A stretch of 64,000 bases of DNA from Eledone cirrhosa (Eukaryota), in the NCBI GenBank assembly GCA_964016885.1, contig OZ024740.1, positions 300,948,001-301,012,000 of the forward strand, read 5' to 3'. The notes below the pieces were generated by a model that was not told the DNA's origin, searched no databases, and worked only from the letters and a program-made list of their open reading frames with translations. Below are positions 52,380 through 64,000 of the stretch, in pieces (within the stretch, counting starts at the first letter, position 1; the number at the start of each line of letters is the position of its first letter). Made by a program: the position numbers and the translations under genes.

Positions 52380-54400
52380 GCGATTCAGTAAGTAACAGAC
52401 CTACACAGATGCCTGATACTAGATTCCAAGCATATGTGTGCTGCCTTTCAGCAACATTTTATACGACAGTTCAGGGGAATAGGCGGACCGGAAAGGGCAG
52501 CTGACGACAGTTCATACCTTCACACTGACTATCTGATGCGGAGTTCAGTGAAAAGCTGATAGCAATAGCCAAGTTAGGGAAAGCCCTGGTTGGCTGTGCG
52601 AGGTGCAGATAGCCCAGTTTGAATGATTTGCCCTATGAGCTTTATATATATATATATATATAAATACCCAGATTTGGTCTGCGTTTTCCTCGAAGTTTTC
52701 TACTGCACCTGGTAGTAGAACCGTATAATTACCTGTTCTATGAGTCATGCGTAGCAACGCTGCACAAGAACGCCGATGGCAAGGGGGCGTTTTAATTAAC
52801 TTAATGCGCGTAACTCTAGTCAACTGAGAGTTTAATATGTTTGGCCAAGGTGTTACCAACTGGATTGGTGCTTGTTGTTAAAATATGGTAGGGGAGTCGT
52901 AAACATGCACCATCCCCACCAGGTCCATACACGACAACATCCAACAAATACGTTACATCATAGAGATTCGTTAGGAAGTCTGATAAATGGAGATCAATCG
53001 AACTCTTTCGATAGGTTAGATCATCAATACCCTGAAACAACATGTGTCGGTTCTGGCTTCAGTGACTGCATCGGTACAATACACAGCGGATGCGGCTAGG
53101 TTGTGAGAGAAAATGGCCACCTATCGAAATCAAAACGCACTCGGTCCGTCACGGTTGCCTTCTCTTCTCCCTGCAATATGTTTTGACTCTCGAGCCATTA
53201 CTGTATATTACGGTATATGGACCGCTTTTAGGGTATGCCGATTGAATTCGGATGTGCACAGTCTACTTTGGCATATGCGGACGATGTCACTGAAATGTTG
53301 AACATTTCGGAAATCGTGGTGGCGGACACGTTCTTCGGGGAATATAAAAGGGTGACGGGCGAAGAAATCAACCCGGTGAATTTGCTCGAGGTCCAGTTAG
53401 TTCCGAAAGTCAAAGTGGATAAGCCCGAGGATGAGGTAATACGCAGAAGAGTCACTCTTATTCAGAGACAGGTTTCAATGGTGGGACAGGTTTCAATGGT
53501 GAGGCCATCAATCTGCTACCAACACACATTACACAGTTGTGCTGGGAAGAAGATGTGGCAGACGATGGGCATCGTTTCCGGCATCTCTAGATATTCTTAA
53601 GCGGAGATCAGGTCTGGTCGCCTTTTGATAGGCACGTCTTTGCACAGCTCATCTCTTTGACTGAACAGCAGTCATGGGCCATATGCAAACCTATTTAAAG
53701 CGCCTGGCATCTGGAATGTTGTCAGGCGCTCACAAACCTCTATGAATCGGGCTATGCACTTAGTTGAATTTTCACTCTAGCGTTCTATAAGGAACAACTT
53801 GAGGAGAAGAGTAACAACGTTCTTGGCGTCGTCAAGAAGTACGGACTGGCCAGTCTCTTTAGGATAACTTTTGACCCAGGGTCTACGGAAAATCACCTGA
53901 CATCCCGGCTCGAGACAACCACTACAGGCATAAACTGCCGGCTGACGGGATTTTACGAGATGCGCGCAGTGCGAATAAACCAACCTGGATGCACTTATTG
54001 AAATATTGTCGCATGTGGAAACTCATCCAGATATCGACAGAGACCACCGTTTGACCGAGAAGGGCGGGAAGTTTCCCTCTATCTGGTGGCAGTGGTGAAG
54101 AGGTTGTGTAGTTGACCCGTCTGAAATGACTGAAGACAGGCGCTTTTCCCTTCGCCAAACCCTTTCTGAAATGTTAAAGTTCCACATGGAAAGGAAGGTG
54201 AGGGTGGAAAGGGATGAGTTGCCCCCGCCCCCCAGCTCATTTGTTAAAAAAGTTGTTGAAAATATCAATATGATAGGATGGTGAATTGACAGTATTGCAA
54301 GAGTGTTGGACAACATGCTTCGCAGTATTTAGTTACCCACTTTTTTGTGTTATTTATTTCAAACCCTACCGAGTTTCGCGGGGTCGGGAAAATAAAATAC
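52380..54400 (+). pseudogene. Heavily decayed Tx1-family ORF2
   Basis: LPYELY, LAKVL, RSIHDN, DQSNSFDRLDHQY and AYADDVT occur in the same order as in ORF2 at 39.7-43.1 kb. Confidence 0.75.
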
Positions 54401-54469
54401 TAGTAACATATTACGGACGATTTAATCGACTTCACCCACCCCCCAAAAATCGTTATTATTATTTTTATT

Positions 54470-54690
54470 ATGGTAGTGGAGTGACAGTATCGGTAGAGGG
54501 TCGAACAACAAGGGGTGCAGCATTCAATTACGTCCCTTTACGATCTGAGTTCAAATCCAACTGAGGTTAGCATTGCCTTTCATCTTTACGGAGTTGATAA
54601 AATAAAATAAAACTCAGGGATCGATTTAATCGACTTTCCCCTTTATCCAAATAATGTTGGCATTGTGCCTAAATCAGAAACCATTATTAT
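54470..54690 (+). mobile_element. tRNA/CORE-type SINE
   Basis: CAGTATCGGTAGAGGGTCG, GAGTTCAAATCC, GCCTTTCATCTTTACGGAGTTGATAAAATAAA, 3' TTGTGCCTAAATCAGAAAC-(ATT)n. Confidence 0.75.
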
Positions 54691-55200
54691 TATAAGAATT
54701 ATCAATATTCGCCACAAGGCATGTCAGTAGACAGAAAGACAATACACAAAAAACAGTAGGCAACATAGTTTGTAAAAATATTAACAATAAGCTGAGTCAG
54801 ATTGCGATTGAAAGAAAAATACGATATAAAGCAGCTTGTAAGATTATATATATATGTATATATATGTGTTTTATAGGATTTTTTCGCCCTGTTCAATTTA
54901 AAATATACATTTTACATGAGACCTTACCTCGTTGCTAAACTGGTTATGACAGGTTTTGTCACGTTTATCTCAAATGAATCAATAGAATTAACTGCTTTGT
55001 TTCTCGATCTAGCACACAACGTCGGTGTTTATCCTGCTGGAACATTTCACCGAAATCTCTCTCTTTTTAAATGTCTCAACTCAAACCTCCTATAGTAGTA
55101 AGCGTGTTCCATATCTAGCCTCTTCCTCCTCCTCTTCGTCCACCTCCCTATCTTCTACATCATCCCCCTCATTCTCCTCGAAATATTTACTTCTGCGTTC

Positions 55201-55276
55201 ACAGATTGATTTTTTTAGCTTCAGGAGATCCCGATAAGAGTGAAAGCAGCGATTCTTTGCTCAAACTTTAATCTGT
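55201..55276 (+). ncRNA. HHR-like element, CAGAnGA family, copy 3 (more decayed)
   Basis: ACAGAUU...AGCUU-CAGGAGA-UCCC(GAUAA)GAGU-GAAA-GCA...UGC-UC-AAACUUUAAUCUGU, then (AT)n. Confidence 0.6.
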
Positions 55277-55278
55277 TA

Positions 55279-58703
<3,425 letters not shown>

Positions 58704-58884
58704 ATTATTATATATTCGTGTACAGCAATTTTTGTATACACAAAAACAAAATATAAACAAACGTATTTATTTCACAAAAGCACAGGCGGCTTATCGTCAT
58801 TGTTACTGCTGATATGCCACCCAAAACGTCCTAGCCTGGCCGCAAGATCAGATTTTCCAGAAGAAGAAAATGTTACTAGAGGAA

Positions 58885-59075
58885 CAGAGAGAGTAAGCTT
58901 CGCGATTACCATCAACAAGCCTCAAGATTAAACGCTAAAAGTGGCTGGCCTTCATCTGGGAAAACCATGGTCAGTTGTATGTAGGATGCTCTGGCGTGAG
59001 CTCGTCATACAATCTCTTCATCTTTGCTCCCGAGAATCGAACACAAAATATTGGATACTCTGAAGGTCTAACAAT
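58885..59075 (+). pseudogene. Helitron Pif1-like helicase C-terminal fragment
   Basis: RVSFAITINKPQD*TLKVAGLHL / HGQLYVGCSGVSSSYNLFIFAPENRTQNIGYSEGL. Matches TINKSQG and SHGQLYV..SRV. Confidence 0.75.
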
Positions 59076-59958
59076 GTAATTTATGTATTTTCTGTTACTT
59101 GGAATTTCCATTATGGTTGTACAAATTATTGTAAAGTTTGTTAAAAAATGTGTTCTCTGTTCAACCTTTATTGTTGAAACTATCAATTTATTTTAACCTA
59201 CTGTCTGCTGAACTGGGGAATCCTAAAAACTATTCAAACCCCAAATCAGAGTACGTTAACCCCCAACATCGCTGACTTGAGAGGGTGTGTGGTATTTTGC
59301 ACTGGAGTGGAGGGGAGATTCCTGCAAAGATAAAATGCCGGTAAACCTAGCCGTATATAGATAAAGAGAGAGAGAACGAAAGAGGGGTGGGGGGAGAGAT
59401 AAAGAAGGACGAGGAGAGGAAGGAGAGAAGGAGAAAAGAAACCTACAATGAAAGAACATCTTAAAGTTTACTCAAGCCAAATGTTGTATGTATTAACATT
59501 TCTATCTGCAGATTCAATTCTCATATCGTGTTTGATTGATATGGTGCCTATATTGCAGCTATTTATATGTTTTAAACATTAGATAACGATTGCTGATGTA
59601 TATTGTTCGACCGAATTAGCTGAAAAATATTTTGAATGAACAAATAAGAGAGATATAGTAACCTATATATAATATAAAAGAAAGAAGTTTGTTCGTTGGT
59701 TCCTTCGCGTATCACACGAAAAAACGAAAAGTGACAATCGGAAAGTAAGTACAGGATTCGGATAAGAGTATATTCAGGAAAGTTTATTGATACTAATGTT
59801 ATAACACAAAAGAAGAAGAAAGACAAACCACGTATGCTAACCAATCTGACTGCTATTTCTAGCAGGTTGGGAATCAACCATAAGGGATTCTCTCTGCGAG
59901 TTCGTTGTCAGTGATGATCGTGTTTCGAGACCTATGTCTCCTAATCCAACGGTGATTT

Positions 59959-59991
<33 letters not shown>

Positions 59992-60212
59992 CGCACACGC
60001 ATGCGAACACACACTAACAGTCACACAGGAACACACACCACACATATATATATATATATATACACACACATACACACAATACACACACACTGTAAACAAA
60101 GAAATGCATTCAATACAGACGTTTTCTCTTCTGCCGGTCTTCTCTTATTATTTGTTAACCTTAGCGAAGCTGGGAAACTCAGCTAGTGTATATATATATA
60201 TATACATATATA

Positions 60213-60290
<78 letters not shown>

Positions 60291-60293
<3 letters not shown>

Positions 60294-60352
60294 TGTTATA
60301 CTTTGGGAGGGTCATGTTGCCAATAAATTCAGAAACGAATTCAGAAACGAAA
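60291..60352. mobile_element. Ultra-short remnant of the 21.6/30.8-kb PLE family
   Basis: ATTGTTATACTTTGGGAGGGTCATGTTGCCAATAA joined to AATTCAGAAACG x2, inside (AT)n. Confidence 0.75.
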
Positions 60353-60376
60353 TATATATATGTATATATATATATG

Positions 60377-61332
<956 letters not shown>

Positions 61333-61333
<1 letters not shown>

Positions 61334-62305
61334 AATATTTCGCTCTACATGGCTGAATACAATAAAAGTAATCTGAGTTTTTCGAATATTAATAATAACA
61401 TTCGATTCATTTGCAACTTTGCAAACAAACAAGCCTCAATTGTATAGCCATGTCAGTAGAATGAACACCTCATTCTTCCTCTTAGGTTGGCATGTAAACA
61501 GATCTGCAGACACTAATGTTTCTGGGTATCACCCTTCATCTGTACAGCTCACTGTTCACCTGCCAAACTCTCAGAGCTAGTGAAAATATATGCTATTTCA
61601 AAAATACACAGTGACTGATCGTCCTGATTTGCATATTAGCAGACTGGCTGATCAGTCAGATCTGCATATTAGCAGATCCACTGATCAGCCAGATTTGGAT
61701 ATCAGAAGACTGGCCTGTACGTGTCCTGTATACGAGCGATATATGGCCGGCTTTAACAAATTCAAATAAAAAGAAAATTTCGCTCTACATGGCTGAATAC
61801 AAAAAATGTAATCTGAGTTTTTCGAATAATAATAATAACATTCCATTCGTTCGCAACTTTGCAATCAAGCCTCAATTTTATAGCCATGTCAGTAGAATGA
61901 TCACTTCTGTCTTGCTCTTGTGTTTGCATGCGAATAGAACTGCAGACACTAATGTTTCTGGGTATCATCCTTCATCAGTACAGCTCACTGTTCACCCGCC
62001 AAACTGTCAGAGCTAGTGAAAATATATACTATTTTCAAAAATAGACAGTGACTGATCGGTCTGGTTTGCACATTAGCAGACTGGCTGATCAGTCAGATCT
62101 GACAGATTGGCAAGGGAACAGTGAGATGTACTGATGAAGGGTGATGCACAGAAACATTAGTGTCTGCAGTTCTGTTCCCATGCCAACATAAGAGCAATAA
62201 TGAAGTGTTCATTCTACTGACATGACTATAAAATTGAGGCTTGTTTGCATAATTGCAAACGAATCGAATGTTATTATTAATATTCGAAAAACTCAGATTA
62301 CATTT
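61333..62305. mobile_element. PLE pseudo-LTR cassette: two tandem 440-bp-period copies (minus) plus an inverted copy (plus), three HHRs
   Basis: Direct repeats start at about 61337 and 61777, inversion centre about 62097. HHR (C)UGUA-CUGAUGA-A-GGGU(GAU)ACCC-A-GAAA-CAUUAGUG-UC-UGCA(G) at 61504-61547 (-), 61940-61983 (-) and 62127-62168 (+). Confidence 0.85.
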
Positions 62306-62352
62306 ATATATAGATTTTTATGTATATTTATATATATATATATATATATATA

Positions 62353-62509
62353 TTTCGTTTCTGAATTTGTTTAGCAAGATTCTTTATCTGAAATCGTGTG
62401 TTGAAACCGATATTGTTATACTTTGGGAGGGTCATGTTGCCAATAAGAAACACATGTGTTTCTTATTGGCAACATGTTTCTTATTGGCAACATGACCCTC
62501 CCAAAGTAT

Positions 62510-62515
<6 letters not shown>
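62353..62515 (-). mobile_element. Short fold-back of the 21.6/30.8-kb PLE family
   Basis: Tail (reverse complement of 22148-22202) plus palindrome ...GTTGCCAATAAGAAACACATGTGTTTCTTATTGGCAAC..., with an 18-bp duplication near the centre. Confidence 0.8.
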
Positions 62516-62574
<59 letters not shown>

Positions 62575-62842
62575 TACACATATATATGTTTGTGCGTGTG
62601 AAATACTTTTAATCATTTATTTTCCAGTCTTTCAGTGAAATGAAATATTACCACTCTCAAATAAAATTACTTTTCTTTTCTAAAATAACTATAATTATTT
62701 TCTTTCATTTCGGACATGTACTTCACTGGCAAATGAAGTGACCTTATACTGTGTTAAAATTATAACAATTACTGTGTGATAGAGTCAGATTAGTCATTTA
62801 AAACACAGAAAAGCTGTTTACTTTACGTTAATCAATTAATTG

Positions 62843-62930
62843 TTTCTACTTTTGGCACAAGGCCAGCAATTACCCAGTGCATTACTGGTACTTTATTTTA
62901 TCGACCCCGTAAGGATGAAAGGCAAAGTCC
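62843..62930 (-). mobile_element. CORE-type SINE 3' fragment
   Basis: Same sequence as 47385-47470. Confidence 0.75.
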
Positions 62931-63539
62931 AATTAATGCCTCCTATTAAGCTATTCTGTTGTATTGGCTGTGATTTGGTCCTTGAAAATGGAAGCTTTTA
63001 TGTGGCTGGGTTGTAGACGATGTGTCGAAACGTTTGCCATCAGGAAATAAATTTATTTATGAATTAAATTTGACAGGTCTTGTGTGGCCTGAATGGCAAT
63101 ATGATTGTTTCACGCAATAATTTTATTCTCTTTCAATTTCACTCAACTTATCATAATTATTTTATATCTAAATTGTTCAGATTATAACAGCAATATCATA
63201 GTATTTCTGGAATTCAGAAATAGTTTCCCTTTATTTTACTCTTTTTTGAAGCACAAATTTAAGCAGTTCCACAAAACCTGTAAACTGAGCCCCCAAACTT
63301 GTAGGACAAATATGTGTCACAAAACCCATAAATGTTTCTGCTTCGTAAACTCTGGCTCATATACATTTGTCAAACAATTCTCCGTATTTGCGGCATGTTT
63401 TACAACTAGTCCTATACTTCCAGAAGTTCATTAGCTAGTTGACTACGGCAAATCATTAAAACATCTCAGCACCGATTCTTTGTTACTTTCCGGAGTCTAC
63501 AGAGAGATTTTTCCAGTTGGAGAGATGCACGCATGCTTA

Positions 63540-64000
63540 CGAGGTACACATAATACATTTTCAGACATTTTCTATTCAGGCACTTTTAAGTGACCTACGT
63601 AACTCTCATTCTAATATATCCTTGTAAGCTAACATGCCGAATCTTTTTTCCAGATTGAAGGTTCGGTACGCTACAGCACTTCAAACACTACCAGCCATAC
63701 ACTTCTTGTCACAGATGGCTGGTTCCACAATGCAACCGGGCCGGGGAATAACTTGGAGGCCCGACGTGCCATAAAGTTTGTGTGAAGTTCGGTAAAAGTG
63801 CCGCAAATACATATGAACTAGTTAAAACTGATTAGGGACTAAATTTCATTAGACGGGTGACTGTTTATCGCTGGCACAAGAGGTCCCAGACGCAGGGAGC
63901 AGTTGAAGGATGACACTTTTCCCTCACGCGAAGGCACCTAAACGCACACCAATAGCGAATACGTGTGTGGACGATTTCACTCGATACACACATTCTCGAA
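63540..64000 (+). mobile_element. Decayed mariner transposon 5' end (runs off the window)
   Basis: TA-CGAGG terminus. LEARRAIKF../KFGKSAANTYELVKTD*GLNFIRRVTVYRWHKR...REQLKDD is a mariner N-terminal HTH. Confidence 0.7.

Noticed and set aside
62975-63052. Possible UUGAAAA-type hammerhead
   Set aside because: The core and GAAACG are present, but I could not form convincing stems II and III.

Overview
AT-rich, microsatellite-dense eukaryotic DNA that is almost entirely transposon-derived. It looks like a coleoid cephalopod (octopus-like) intergenic or intronic region; that is an inference from the SINE types and microsatellite load. I found no convincing host-gene exon. Most ORFs in the track are microsatellite translations. 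Recognisable elements: two decayed Penelope-like retroelements (PLE; RT plus C-terminal GIY-YIG), a near-full-length Tx1/L1-clade LINE and a second truncated copy, both sitting in (GATA)n, older Tx1, R4/Dong-like, CRE-like, mariner, DD37D and Helitron fragments, and tRNA-derived SINEs. The main signal is a hammerhead-ribozyme (HHR)/PLE system. About a dozen unrelated fold-back elements with the layout (AT)n-[inverted arm]-[3' end + tail]-(AT)n carry type I HHR or HHR-like motifs, many with non-canonical cores. An 8.5-kb array of 13 full and one partial near-identical 614/615-bp units carries, on the minus strand of every unit, a full-length HHR-like fold with an unusual 8-nt core (AUAGAGUA). 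This array is a candidate large retrozyme-like (circular-RNA/rolling-circle) element. All RNA folds were read by eye and none is experimentally validated.
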